A stretch of 63,955 bases of DNA, the filler included. It is 9 parts of 9 records of this genome, joined end to end, with 100 filler letters (N's around TTAATTAATTAA, not from the genome) between each part and the next. Parts side by side here need not be neighbours in the genome. Positions count along the whole stretch, not along the records: positions 26,561 to 32,359 come from SRR31147125_71635; positions 32,460 to 40,692 come from SRR31147125_71770; positions 40,793 to 47,080 come from SRR31147125_71820; 6 more parts are not named here. One strand, 5' to 3'. Shown in pieces: positions 31,696 to 42,975 of the stretch. Position 1 is the first letter of the stretch, and every line of letters starts with the position of its first letter. A program made the translations under genes and the position numbers. The notes under the pieces were generated by a model. The model did no database searches, was not told where the DNA came from, and saw only the letters and a program-made list of their open reading frames with translations.

Positions 31696-31723
31696 TTTTT
31701 TGCTCCCATTCAATCCTGATTTT

Positions 31724-31872
31724 GATTCTCGCTCCAGGTTTCCGGCCGGGAATTTTGACTATTACCTCTGCCGTTCGTTTTTTATGAACACGCTACCTAA
31801 AGCGCTGACTATTATCTATCTCGCCAGAGCTTCTATGTGCGCATTCCCGACGAGATGCCGGGAACGAGAATC
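31724..31872. repeat. Inverted pair of REP-like arms (REPIN/MITE-like)
   Basis: GATTCTCGCTCCAGGTTTCCGGCCGGGAAT (31724-31753) is an imperfect reverse complement of ATTCCCGACGAGATGCCGGGAACGAGAATC (31843-31872). Confidence 0.55.
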
Positions 31873-31916
31873 CAAGATTCCTGTAACTTTTACCTGTATC
31901 TGCGTATTGGTACATG

Positions 31917-32359
31917 TTATTTTATCTTTTTTTCGATTAATATCCCCAAATTCCGTTGAAGTAATTCATAATCGTCTGCGAGATACAGTTTGTCAAGTTT
32001 TTCCATTGTTTCAGGGGCAAGTTTATCCTTCAATACTCCGGCCAGAATCATTCGAGTCTCTTGCTCTGAAAATTCCTCACCATCGACAATCCAGTTTTTA
32101 TTATCTTTATTAACCGGACAAATATCCTGGCAGATCATACACCCTAACAGACAATTATGCCATTCAGGATCAATCCATCCCGGAAAATCATCCTTGCCCT
32201 CATTGAAATAAGTGAGGCACCGCGCAGCATCGACTAAAAATGTGGTTTTTGAAATGGCATTGCTAGGACATTTCTTGATACATGCTGAGCATGTGTGACA
32301 TTGATCCATTAAGGTTAATTCATGCCAATTATCAAAATCGCAAGGGATATCTGAAAAAA
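31917..32359 (-). CDS. Epoxyqueuosine reductase-like Fe-S protein, C-terminal part
   Basis: CHTCSACIKKCPSNAI...RCLTY...GCMICQDICPVN. Confidence 0.75.
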
Positions 32360-32495
32360 NNNNNNNNNNNNNNNNNNNNNNNNNNNNNNNNNNNNNNNNN
32401 NNNTTAATTAATTAANNNNNNNNNNNNNNNNNNNNNNNNNNNNNNNNNNNNNNNNNNNNAAAAAATTGGATTTGAATGTAGAAAGAGAGATTAAC

Positions 32496-33777
32496 GTGAT
32501 TGAGAAAACGATTACTGCAGTCAAAAATGTGGAAGGAGAGGTTCGGGTTCCTGGAGATAAATCCATTTCTCACCGGGCGCTCCTCGTTTCAGCTATTGCT
32601 GAAGGTGTAAGTGAAATCACAGGTTTATCCTCTGCCAATGACGTGAACAATACCAAGAGTTGTTTGAAAAAGCTTGGTGTGAAAATGGAGAAAAAGGGGG
32701 TAAAATCCTGGTGCACGGCAATGGTTTATATGGGTTTACGGCTCCGGGAAAAGTGCTCAATGTAGGCAATTCCGGCACGACAATCCGATTGTTATCCGGA
32801 ATTTTAGCAGCTCAGAGTTTTGAATGCAAAATTGATGGGGATGGTTCCATCCGAAAACGACCGATGCGGCGTGTTATCGAACCACTCGAAAAGATGGGTG
32901 CCAGGATTCAGAGTGAATCTTACAAGGCTCCTTTAAAAATAATGGGTGGTCCGTTACGAGCTATCAGTCATGCTTCGTCCATTTCCAGCGCCCAGGTGAA
33001 ATCATGTGTACTCCTGGCTGGTTTGTTTGCCAAGGGTATTACCAGAGTGACCGAACCGGCCCTTTCCAGAGATCACACAGAGCGTATTCTAAGCGAATAT
33101 GGAGTCAGCTGTCAATCCAGCCAAAGTGGTGCTGGCGTGATCGGCCCGGCAAAATTACACCCATGCCAGCTGGACGTGCCTGGCGATATCTCTGCTGCCG
33201 CTTTCTTTTTGGTCGCTGCTTGTTTATTAAAGGAGTCCAAAATTACATTACCAAATATTGGAATAAACACGACAAGAACCGGTATACTGGATGTGTTGTC
33301 CAGCATGGGAGCATCTATCTCAAAGTCGGATCTGGTGGAACAAAATAATGAACCAAGAGCCACAATTATGGCAAAGTCCAGTGAATTAAAGGCCACTTCT
33401 CTGGGTGGATCAATCATCCCCAGGATTATTGATGAAATTCCCATTATAGCTGTCGCGGCTACACAGGCAGAAGGAACCACGATAATCAGGGATGCTACTG
33501 AATTGCGGGTAAAGGAAACAGACAGAATTATGGCTGTGAGTGAAAATTTACGTAGAATGGGTGCTAATGTTCGGGAAACAAAAGATGGCATGATGATTAG
33601 TGGCCCAACAGAGCTTCAGGGAGCTCACATAGATAGTTACGGAGATCATCGAATTGCCATGTCCTTTGCTATTGCCGGATTAATGGCTAAAGGCGAAACT
33701 GTCATAGAAAATGTGGACTGCGTCGATACGTCATTTCCAGGCTTTTTTCGCTGCTGGAATCGGTTTGTCATGATTGA
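32496..33777 (+). CDS. aroA: EPSP synthase (two homopolymer frameshifts, near 32697 and 33745)
   Basis: [55 protein letters not shown]. Confidence 0.9.
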
Positions 33778-34654
33778 TTCTAAAACAAGACTATATGGAC
33801 TTTTAGGTGATCCTGTTGAACATAGCTTGTCGCCAGTATTGCAAAACTGGATGTTGGAGAAATTTAATATAAATGCACGTTATATCGCCTTCCAGGTATC
33901 TTCCTCCCGCCTGAGCAAAGCCCTTGATGGTATGCGCGGTTTAGGTGTTGCCGGACTGAATGTGACGGTTCCTCATAAAGAATCTGTTTTACAGGCTGTC
34001 GATTTTCAATCAACTGAAGTGGACCTGCTGGGAGCAGCCAATACACTGAAAAATATAACAGGTGCGCTTTCGGCTTATGTGACAGATCCTTTTGGCTTTA
34101 TAGAATCGTTAGGGAATAAAAAAGAAAACTTTGTCAATAAAAATATCGCACTTTTTGGTGCCGGCGGCTCAGCGAAATCCATTGCCTATTCCCTTGGAAA
34201 AATGAATATAAATCGTCTGGTCATCACCAATCGAAATCCTGATCGTGCAACGAAATTAGCTGAAATGGTCAGAGATCATTTTAATATTGCAGATGTTAAG
34301 CCCGTTAGTCTTTCAGATTCGCAGTTGAGCAGATTTATTGCGGAATCGGACATTATCATAAACGCGACCTCAGTTGGAATGTATCCAGATGTCGAAGAGT
34401 CACCGATTTTGGATTTTTCCTGCATTCATTCCCGGCATTTTGTTTATGATCTGATTTATAATCCGGGCACCACACGATTACTAAAGGAAGCTCAGAAAAG
34501 AGGTGCTGAAATACAAAATGGATTGGATATGCTCATATTTCAGGGTCTTGAGTCACTACGGATCTGGGAAAATCAGGATTTACAAATAGATACTGATTCA
34601 TTAAATGAAATAAAAACAATATTAATAGATGAATTAGGCAAAAGATTTAATTAA
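33770..34654 (+). CDS. aroE: Shikimate dehydrogenase
   Basis: GDPVEHSLSP, NVTVPHK, GAGGSAK, INATSVGM, DLIYNP, GLDMLIFQG. Confidence 0.92.
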   Translation: MIDSKTRLYGLLGDPVEHSLSPVLQNWMLEKFNINARYIAFQVSSSRLSKALDGMRGLGVAGLNVTVPHKESVLQAVDFQSTEVDLLGAANTLKNITGALSAYVTDPFGFIESLGNKKENFVNKNIALFGAGGSAKSIAYSLGKMNINRLVITNRNPDRATKLAEMVRDHFNIADVKPVSLSDSQLSRFIAESDIIINATSVGMYPDVEESPILDFSCIHSRHFVYDLIYNPGTTRLLKEAQKRGAEIQNGLDMLIFQGLESLRIWENQDLQIDTDSLNEIKTILIDELGKRFN

Positions 34655-34689
34655 TACAGATATATCCGAACAAGACAAATGGACAATGT

Positions 34690-35898
34690 ATGAATAAAAT
34701 TAGATTTTTAACTGCGGGTGAATCCCACGGCCAGGCTTTGAATACGATAATTGAAGGTGTGCCAGCAGGATTGGAATTAAGTGAGGACGAAATCGCACTG
34801 GACCTTGGTCGGCGCCAACGTGGTTATGGACGAGGTGGCAGAATGCAAATAGAAACAGATTATGCCCGCATTCTCGCTGGTGTTCGTTATGGTAGAACAT
34901 TGGGAAGCCCTATTTCGCTTCTTATAGAAAATAAAGATTGGCCTAACTGGACCGAAAAAATGGCTGTGGAACCTGTCCAAAATCCTGTACCTCCATTACA
35001 AATGCCAAGACCAGGTCATGCGGATTTTGCCGGTATGGTCAAGTATCAGACGGATGATTTGAGAAACATTCTTGAAAGATCCTCTGCACGTGAAACAACC
35101 ATGCGTGTGGCTGCCGGAGCGATTGCCAGGAAAATCCTGGCAGAATTTGGAATAAAAATTTATGGCCATGTGATCAAAATTGGTTCCATTCTTTCTCCGA
35201 CAACAGCACTCACGATGCTTAGTGGTAAAAATGCCAAGGATCCTATCGTAAGTCAGCATTGGGAAGAATTGATGCAAAAAGTCGAGGAATCTCCAATGGC
35301 GTGCGCTGATGAAGAAGCAACGAAAAAAATGATAGCCCTTGTTGATGAGGTGAAAGAAAGAGGGGATACGTTGGGAGGTCTTTATGAGATCATTGCAGTA
35401 GGTTTGCCTGTAGGTTTAGGTAGTCATGTTCATTGGGATAAGCGTCTGGATGCTCAGATCGCAGCGGCCATGATGAGTATCAATGCCATGAAATCCGTAG
35501 AGATTGGTATTGGTCATAGAGTTGCCGAGATTCCCGGTAGCCAGGTTCATGATGAAATTTTTCATGATGAAGCGATTGGCTATTACAGAGGTGCAAATAG
35601 CGCCGGTGGTGTGGAAGGAGGAATGACCAATGGGGAGCCTGTGATTGTTCGTGTGGCTATGAAACCCCTGCCAACACTATCGATGCCGTTAAAGTCCGTG
35701 GATACAAGTACGAAAGAACCTATAGAAGCATTTAAGGAACGTTCGGATGTGTGTGCGGTCCCTGCAGCTGTGGTAGTGGGTGAGGCAATGCTGGCATTGG
35801 TTTTGGCAAATGCTTTATGTGAGAAAATTGGTAGTGACTCTATTGCTGAGATGAAACGGAATTTTGCAGGATTACCCAATGCACCTCTTGGATGGTAA
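34690..35898 (+). CDS. aroC: Chorismate synthase
   Basis: TAGESHG, RPGHAD, ERSSARET, GGVEGGMTNG, ERSDVCAVP. Confidence 0.95.
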   Translation: MNKIRFLTAGESHGQALNTIIEGVPAGLELSEDEIALDLGRRQRGYGRGGRMQIETDYARILAGVRYGRTLGSPISLLIENKDWPNWTEKMAVEPVQNPVPPLQMPRPGHADFAGMVKYQTDDLRNILERSSARETTMRVAAGAIARKILAEFGIKIYGHVIKIGSILSPTTALTMLSGKNAKDPIVSQHWEELMQKVEESPMACADEEATKKMIALVDEVKERGDTLGGLYEIIAVGLPVGLGSHVHWDKRLDAQIAAAMMSINAMKSVEIGIGHRVAEIPGSQVHDEIFHDEAIGYYRGANSAGGVEGGMTNGEPVIVRVAMKPLPTLSMPLKSVDTSTKEPIEAFKERSDVCAVPAAVVVGEAMLALVLANALCEKIGSDSIAEMKRNFAGLPNAPLGW

Positions 35899-36414
35899 AA
35901 ATGTTTATCTTATAGGTTTTATGGCGACCGGCAAAAGCAGAGTCGGTTCGGAACTGGCCGGGCTTATGAACAGATCTTTTCTTGATACGGATGTTCTTAT
36001 TGAAGAGCAATCTGGTGAAACAATTAGTGACATTTTTGCAAAAGGAGGGGAACGATCTTTTCGATCCATCGAAAAAAATGTTATTGCTCAAGTCTCACGT
36101 TATGATAATTATGTTGTTTCACTTGGGGGTGGCGCGGTACTTGATGAAGATAATTGGCGTTTTTTGACGGATTCGGGAATATCGATTTGTTTAACAGCCT
36201 CTGTTGAAGTGCTGTTTAAAGAATTTCGTCCAAATCGAACAGGCCTTTAATGAATACAGATTCGCCAATTGAGCTGAAAAGACGTATCGAATCCTTACTC
36301 GTGCAACGACGACCTTATTATTCCCGCGCTCATTTTACTTTTGAAAGTACAGAAGAAGTGTCTGCCCATCAGCTTGCGCAGAATATTTATAATCATCTCT
36401 GGAATAATTTATGA
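35888..36414 (+). CDS. aroK: Shikimate kinase, frameshift near 36220
   Basis: GFMATGKS, DTD, GERSFR, LGGG; continues RPL...RRPYY to a TGA overlapping the aroB ATG. Confidence 0.88.
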
Positions 36415-37511
36415 TAAAGGTAACTGTTGATCTTGGTAGTAAAAGCTATCCGATTTATATAAAATCGGGGCTTCTTGAACACGTTTCAGAATTCCTCAAC
36501 AATGATATAATTGAGGATGACATTTATATTATCACAGATGATAATGTAAAAACATTATATTCAGATCAGCTTCTCCGGCATTTACAGGATCTGGGATCAA
36601 AAATTCAAATCCTCAGTGTTCCCCCTGGCGAAAGTTCAAAGTCATTAAAAGTAACCAATTCTCTTTATACTCAGCTTTTAGAAAAGGGCGCAACAAGAAA
36701 AACAACAATCATCGCATTTGGAGGTGGTGTTGTTGGTGATTTGGCTGGATTTGTTGCGGCAACCTTTATGCGCGGCATTCGGTTTATTCAAATACCTACG
36801 ACTGTATTGGCTCAGGTGGACAGTAGTGTCGGGGGAAAGGTAGGAATAAATCATCCTTTGGGCAAAAACCTGATTGGCGCTTTTTATCAACCATTGTCCG
36901 TACTTATGGACCCGTTGGTATTAAAGACACTGCCAGCCAGGGAAGTAAAGGCTGGATTTGCAGAAATAGTAAAATATGGTCTTATAAAGAATAGTCACTT
37001 TTTCGATTATGTCGAGACAGAAGCCAACACCTTGATGGCATTGACCGATTTTGCCAAGATTGAAAATGTTCTAAAGGCCTGTTGCAAAATTAAAGCAGCA
37101 GTGGTGGCGTTGGACGAACAGGAAAGCGGTCTTCGTGCTATATTGAATTTTGGCCATACAATGGGACACGCTCTGGAAGCTTCTACGGAATATAAAACTT
37201 TTTTGCATGGAGAGGCCATATTTCACGGAATGAAAGCAGCTGCATATATTTCTCATCAAAAGAAATTGATATCCAGTGATCAGGCTGAAAGAATCTATAA
37301 ATTAATTAATAACTTTTCACCTCCAGCTATACCAGATACCGTAAATACGGATGATATACTGCGTGCACTTCAAAAAGATAAAAAGCGGTCCAAACTGGGT
37401 CAATTGTGGGTTTTATTAAATCCAATCGGTGAAACGATGTTGACTATGGATGTTTTTCAATCAAATATCATTGATGCATTCGAGTTTCTAAAACATAAAG
37501 GGGATAAATGA
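36411..37511 (+). CDS. aroB: 3-dehydroquinate synthase
   Basis: GGGVVGDLAGF, PTTVLAQVDSSVGGK, LNFGHTMGHALE, LHGEA. Confidence 0.95.
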   Translation: MIKVTVDLGSKSYPIYIKSGLLEHVSEFLNNDIIEDDIYIITDDNVKTLYSDQLLRHLQDLGSKIQILSVPPGESSKSLKVTNSLYTQLLEKGATRKTTIIAFGGGVVGDLAGFVAATFMRGIRFIQIPTTVLAQVDSSVGGKVGINHPLGKNLIGAFYQPLSVLMDPLVLKTLPAREVKAGFAEIVKYGLIKNSHFFDYVETEANTLMALTDFAKIENVLKACCKIKAAVVALDEQESGLRAILNFGHTMGHALEASTEYKTFLHGEAIFHGMKAAAYISHQKKLISSDQAERIYKLINNFSPPAIPDTVNTDDILRALQKDKKRSKLGQLWVLLNPIGETMLTMDVFQSNIIDAFEFLKHKGDK

Positions 37512-37948
37512 TTCATATTCTGGTAATACATGGTCCGAATTTAAACCTTTTGGGTGAAAGGGAACCGGACATATATGGTCGATTAACCCTGGATGATGTT
37601 AATAAAAAGATAACCGAGTTGTGCGTTGATTTAGATGTCGATGGCAAATTCTATCAATCCAATCACGAGGGAGATATCATCGACTATTTGCACGAGCATA
37701 GAACATGGGCTGATGGTATACTCATTAATCCTGGGGCTCTAACTCATTATAGCTATGCACTACGAGATGCTATTGCCGGAGTTACTAAACCTGCTATTGA
37801 GGTTCATTTATCCGATATCCATTCTCGGGAAGATTTTCGCACCATATCTGTTATTAAAGACGTATGCATTGGACAAATTTCCGGGCGAGGGCTCGATAGC
37901 TATCTGGACGGTTTGCGGAAATTAGCCAGGCATATTGCCGGCAGATAG
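37508..37948 (+). CDS. aroQ: Type II 3-dehydroquinate dehydratase
   Basis: HGPNLNLLGEREPDIYG, QSNHEG, INPGALTH, EVHLSDIHSREDFR. Confidence 0.95.
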   Translation: MIHILVIHGPNLNLLGEREPDIYGRLTLDDVNKKITELCVDLDVDGKFYQSNHEGDIIDYLHEHRTWADGILINPGALTHYSYALRDAIAGVTKPAIEVHLSDIHSREDFRTISVIKDVCIGQISGRGLDSYLDGLRKLARHIAGR

Positions 37949-38067
37949 ATGTAAGTGTAATAATTTTAGGGGATAATGCTGGCCCAAAACACGTCTTCTT
38001 TACCAAATACTTGTTGACATTTCACCGCTTAAATACTATATTTGTCCAAATTTTAAAGGATGTTATC

Positions 38068-39789
38068 ATGAGAAATCTTGAAATTGCTACCATTCTTGAT
38101 AAAATGGCTGATGTGCTCGAGTTCAAGGGTGAAGTGGCATTTAAAATAAATGCTTATCGTAATGCAAGCCGTGTCATCGCTGATATGTCTGAGGATATAG
38201 AATCAATCTGGCAGGAAAAAAAACTGGCAGAAATTCCCGGCATAGGAAAAGGCCTGCAAGGGAAAATTAATGAATATTTTACATCCGGACGAATTTCAGC
38301 GTTTGACTCACTGTTATCCGAGGTGCCAATAGATCTTTTCGAATTACTCAGTATCCAAAATTTTGGCCCCAAAACAGCGGCTTTGGCTTTTAAAGAATTA
38401 AAGATCGAAACGCTCGATGATTTAAAGAGTGCTCTAGACGACGGTTCGCTTGTGAAACTCAAGGGAATGGGATTAAAAAAGGTTGAGAATATTCGCAAAA
38501 GTCTTGAACTTAAAAAGACAGCCGAGTCCAGTATTTCCATTGGGATCGCTTTGCCGCTTGTTGACAACATTATAGAATATTTAAAAGACAACGCAGGCTC
38601 TTTAATCCAGCGTATTGAACCAGCCGGTTCTGTGAGAAGATGTCGACAGACAGTCCATGATGTCGATATATTAGCAGAAACAGATCATGGGGCTGAACTT
38701 GTAGAAATTTTTGTCTCAATGCCTCGCGTCACTCGTGTGCTTGGTGCTGGTGATACAAAGGGGAGTGTTGTTTTCGATGATCGTTTTCAGGTTGACCTGA
38801 GAGCTGTTCCGGAAGAAAGTTTTGGTGCTGCGCTGCAATATTTTACCGGTTCAAAAGCACACAATGTGAATTTGCGCGGTATTGCTAAAAAACAGGGATA
38901 TAAAATAAACGAGTATGGGATCTACCAGGATGAAAAGGCCGTTGGCGGGAAAGATGAAAAAGATATTTATAATTTGTTAGGAATGACCTGGATTCCTCCT
39001 GAATTACGTGAGGATCGAGGTGAGATTGAAGCGGCACATGATTCTTTACTTCCTGATCTGGTGAATCTTGAGTTTATTCAAAGTGATTTGCATATACATT
39101 CAAAATACAGTGATGGTCAATTAACTGTAAAAGAGATGGCTGAAAATGTCCGTTCAATGGGTTACACATATATGGCGTTTTGTGATCATTCTCAGAGCGC
39201 CTTTTATGCAAACGGGCTTGATGAAAAAAGGCTTTTGCAGGAGATTGATGAAATCAGACAGATTGACAAAGAATTCCCGGATTTTAAAATACTAGTGGGT
39301 ACTGAAGTCGATATTTTACCTGACGGATCATTGGATTTCAGCGATGATTTACTGAAAAAACTGGATTTTGTTGTTGCTTCCATCCATTCAGCTTTTAAAA
39401 CGGATCCCACCGGCAGGACCCTGGCCGCGATGAGAAATCCATTTGTGGATGTCATTGGCCATCCAACCGGTCGCTTAATTTCCAAACGAGAAGCCTTTGA
39501 TATTGATCTGGATGCTGTTTTTACTGTTGCTTCGGAAACGGGTACAGCATTAGAGGTGAATTCCTACTGGGATCGACTGGATTTGTCAGATATCAGCGTT
39601 AAAAAAGCCATAGAGCAGGGCGTGAAAATTTCCATCAATACAGATGCGCATCATCCTAGTCATTTAGATATGATGAGATTGGGAGTTGGAACCGCAAGAC
39701 GGGGATGGGCAAAAAAACAGGACGTGATAAACACGTTTACAGTCGAGCAGCTGTTTCATTGGCAGAAAAGAAATAATGTAGGTTGTTAA
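38068..39789 (+). CDS. polX: DNA polymerase X / PHP 3'-5' exonuclease
   Basis: IPGIGK, AGSVRR, DVD, VDLR, YFTGSKAHN; PHP domain DLHIHS, DHS, GHPTGR, NTDAH. Confidence 0.93.
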   Translation: MRNLEIATILDKMADVLEFKGEVAFKINAYRNASRVIADMSEDIESIWQEKKLAEIPGIGKGLQGKINEYFTSGRISAFDSLLSEVPIDLFELLSIQNFGPKTAALAFKELKIETLDDLKSALDDGSLVKLKGMGLKKVENIRKSLELKKTAESSISIGIALPLVDNIIEYLKDNAGSLIQRIEPAGSVRRCRQTVHDVDILAETDHGAELVEIFVSMPRVTRVLGAGDTKGSVVFDDRFQVDLRAVPEESFGAALQYFTGSKAHNVNLRGIAKKQGYKINEYGIYQDEKAVGGKDEKDIYNLLGMTWIPPELREDRGEIEAAHDSLLPDLVNLEFIQSDLHIHSKYSDGQLTVKEMAENVRSMGYTYMAFCDHSQSAFYANGLDEKRLLQEIDEIRQIDKEFPDFKILVGTEVDILPDGSLDFSDDLLKKLDFVVASIHSAFKTDPTGRTLAAMRNPFVDVIGHPTGRLISKREAFDIDLDAVFTVASETGTALEVNSYWDRLDLSDISVKKAIEQGVKISINTDAHHPSHLDMMRLGVGTARRGWAKKQDVINTFTVEQLFHWQKRNNVGC

Positions 39790-39868
39790 AGTCAATTCCT
39801 GGTTGTCGGGCTGAATTTAATAAACCTGTTTTGATTTTAAAATTTTAAATTATACAGTTGTTTTTACC

Positions 39869-40610
39869 TTGAATACTCAAAAAATATTCAACAAATTCCC
39901 TCCTATGTGGGGCGATTATTTTTATATTACGCGCACAACGGCCTTTGGTCTCACTGCAATGGCTCCCTTGCTCATTCTCTATGAGGTTTTAGCAATCACG
40001 CTTGGCCGGGCTGATATGCTCGATACTCAGATTTCTGTTTTGTTTTTAGACAAGATTGTTGGTTATTCTGGTGTGCATGGCCCTTTTATTACCGGCATTT
40101 TGCTATTGTCGGGTATTTTTATTTCGCTATTTATAAAAGAAAAAAATAGTGAAATTCAGGTTTTCTTTTTTCGCCGTTCTTATTCTGGAAAGTGTTATAC
40201 ATGCTTTGTTGTGGGGATATATTATTGAATTAATAACGAATAGAGTATTTCTTTCCGCAACAAGTCTTGATAAACAATCTCAATTGATGCTCATGCTTGC
40301 GTTTGGGGCCGGCTTTTATGAAGAACTTTTATTTAGAGCTTTTTTGTTTAATGTATCAGCGATCACTCTGATAAAATTTAAATTTAATCCTCTTTTTGCA
40401 TATATTTTTACGGCTTTGGGATCATCCCTGGCATTTTCCTTGTTTCATTACATTAATAATGAGCCAATCTATTTAGAAACTGCTTTTTTTCGATTTTTAC
40501 TTGGAGTGTTTTTTTGTATATTGTATAAATTTCGGGGTATTGGAGTTTGTGCCTGGACACATACTTTATATGATTTGTTCTTGTATTTACCCAAATGGAG
40601 TCTTTTCTGA
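39869..40610 (+). CDS. CPBP/Abi intramembrane glutamic protease, frameshift near 40141
   Basis: GAGFYEELLFR, FSLFHY, WTHTLYD. Confidence 0.8.
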
Positions 40611-40792
40611 TTAAAAGAATTTTAAAATATAGTGCCTTGCTTTTACTGATGGTATTCATTGCAGCCATTGCTTATGGTTCCTATTTATTTTTNNNNNNNN
40701 NNNNNNNNNNNNNNNNNNNNNNNNNNNNNNNNNNNNTTAATTAATTAANNNNNNNNNNNNNNNNNNNNNNNNNNNNNNNNNNNNNNNNNNNN

Positions 40793-40897
40793 CCGTTCTT
40801 ATAATTCACCATAAATAGCACGTTAGAAAGTCCACCATGAAACTGGTGGGCCTTCGGTCGGTCAATGTTTGATCCTTTTAATAGGTGGATTCTCACA
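40793..40897 (-). mobile_element. Probable left end of an IS200/IS605-family element with the first codons of tnpA
   Basis: Subterminal hairpin AAGTCCACCA-tgaaac-TGGTGGGCCTT and GAGAATCCACC; ATG at 40812 reads MVNYKNG, like IS200 TnpA starts. Cut by the contig edge. Confidence 0.5.
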
Positions 40898-40990
40898 AAT
40901 TATTCTATAGTTAATTCCTGCATCTCCTCAGGAGAAATAAGATACTACCTGCCAGATCAAACCTAAATTACTACAATTGAATCAACTATT

Positions 40991-42603
40991 TTATTTCAGG
41001 TTGTGAAAGCATTTCGCCAAATGGGCGTCATCCTGCCTGCGGCCCAGATAATTGAAGATCAGAGTTGCAACGATGGCGGCGGGAAGAGCAATGACCAGCG
41101 GATCGACAACGGTCCAGAGGCTCTTTCCGGCCAGGGAGTCGACCCCGAAGAGGGTTTTGCACAAGAGCAACGGCTTTGATTCTTTGAGGTGAATGAAAAA
41201 GAGCCAGAAAAAACTGACCAGCGTACCTGTAACGAGGCTGGCCCAGGCACCGCTGCGGGTCATGCGGCGAAAATAGATTGCGCCGAAATACATGGGCAGA
41301 AAAGCGGCCGCACAGATGCCGAAGAAAATTGCCGTGCCACGAGCAATGATCGCGGTTCCTCCCTCGAAAAAAACCGGCAGCCCCCAGGCCAGGAAATAAC
41401 TGATCAGGATGGCAAACAGAATGCCGACTCGGGTGATCATGATGGTATTGCCGCTTTTTCCCAGCGCTTTTTCATAGATGTCCCGCCCCAGAGAGGTTCC
41501 CATGGCATGGAACTGGGAACTCAAGGTACTCATCGCTGCTGAAAGTAGGGTCACCATGAAAATGGCGGTAAACCACTGGGGCATGGCCTGGCTGATATAC
41601 ATGGGTATGATGCAACCGACATTTTTCCCTGAAGCGACCAGGGCGATCTGGCCCGCGGTGTCCGGGTTGTGATAGAAGAAGAACGCGTTGGAGAGAGGCC
41701 CGACGACAAAGGGAATGCCGACAGCCATGAGGATAAAAATCCCACCGATGATCACCCCGCGGTTCAGTTCACGGTTGCTCTTGACGGTCATGAAACGAAC
41801 AATCAACTGAGGCTGGGCAAGAACTCCGATTCCCACCCCGAGGATGATGGTACTGACCACGACGATCCAGTATTCCGAACCGAAAACCGGAAACGCTGTC
41901 CAACCCGCGTGCCCCTTGGCACCGAAGATTTTTACCGCTATCTCTTTCATCCCTGTCAACTCCCGGTGGGCGGCTGCCACTCCCCCGAGTTTGTTATAGG
42001 TAACGATGAGAAGGGTCAGAAGCCCAAGAAACATGACGCTCCCCTGGAAGGCGTCGGTGTACATGACCCCTTTCAGGCCTCCCATGATGACGTAAAGGGC
42101 AATAATAACCGTGAGAAAAAAAGGGCGACATTGTAATCCACCGTCAGGGCCTGGGCGATAAACTTGGCGCCACCCATCAGCACCACGCTGGCATAAAGCG
42201 GCATGGCGACAAATATCAAAAGTCCGGCTGCCCCCTGCAGACGCGTGGACTGGAAACGCCGACCAAGAAACTCGGGAAAGGTATGGGCATTCAGATTGAG
42301 ACCCATGACCCGCGTGCGCCGACCGAAAAACACGAATGCGACGAAAATACCGATGAATATAGTGAGAAAGGTCAGCCACAAGAGGCTCATGCCGAATACA
42401 GCGGCGGCTCCGCCGAAACCGATAATGGCCGAAGTACTCACAAAGGTGGCGCCATACGACATGGCCATAACGAAAGGATGTATTTTGCGACCCGCAACCA
42501 TATAATCGGAGGCATTGTTGGTACTGCGATAGGCCTTGAAAGTCAGGTAACAGACAATCATCAGATAAATCAGAACAATCGACGTCAACAGCGGAATATT
42601 CAT
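40991..42603 (-). CDS. Sodium:solute symporter, frameshift near 42115
   Basis: DYMVAGR, SYGATFVSTSAIIGFGG, GGLKGVMYTDAFQG, AQPQLIVRF, SAAMSTLSSQ. Confidence 0.9.
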
Positions 42604-42642
42604 TACAACTCCCTACTCCAGATTATTCATGAGAAACCAGGG

Positions 42643-42822
42643 CTAAATCAGATTTTCCTCGACCCTGGCCTCTTCTTTTTCCCAATCACTTTCCAAGGAC
42701 AACTCTTCGCTGGTGACATGCCCCTTGTTCCAGTTGAGCAGACCATAAACAACGCACAAAACCACACTGAAAAATGTCAGCACTATTCCAAGCGGAACTC
42801 CAATCCCTTCCAAACCGAACAT
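42643..42822 (-). CDS. Symporter small accessory membrane protein (59 aa; not in ORF track)
   Basis: GGAGG RBS; MFGLEGIGVPLGIVLTFFSVVLCVVYGLLNWNKG...EENLI*; directly upstream of the symporter. Confidence 0.8.
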   Translation of the reverse strand: MFGLEGIGVPLGIVLTFFSVVLCVVYGLLNWNKGHVTSEELSLESDWEKEEARVEENLI

Positions 42823-42975
42823 TTGTCCTCCAGAAATAAAAATTTTTGAAAAACCGAACTTTTTGTTAAAATCCTGAAAACCTCAACGGATGCCGTTTTT
42901 ACAAGATGCCGGGGCAAAAATCCAACGGAACTTTTCAAACAGAGCGTTCGATTTTCTCGAATGCCAGAGGCCATT

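Noticed and set aside
32660-34654. Apparent 664-aa AroA-AroE fusion
   Set aside because: Adding one T to the run at about 33743-33748 ends AroA as [12 protein letters not shown] overlapping the aroE ATG at 33770, which is ordinary translational coupling. The same gene has another homopolymer frameshift.
38068-39789. PolX next to the shikimate operon as a novel system
   Set aside because: It is a canonical PolX-PHP with intact catalytic aspartates and its own upstream region; nothing links it functionally to the aro genes.
7600-42130. Many split genes (hypD, esterase, protease, csaA, sialidase, reductase, aroA, aroK, CPBP, symporter) as pseudogenes or programmed frameshifts
   Set aside because: They occur in unrelated contigs, include essential housekeeping genes, are mostly at homopolymers and lack other decay. 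Sequencing indels explain them best.
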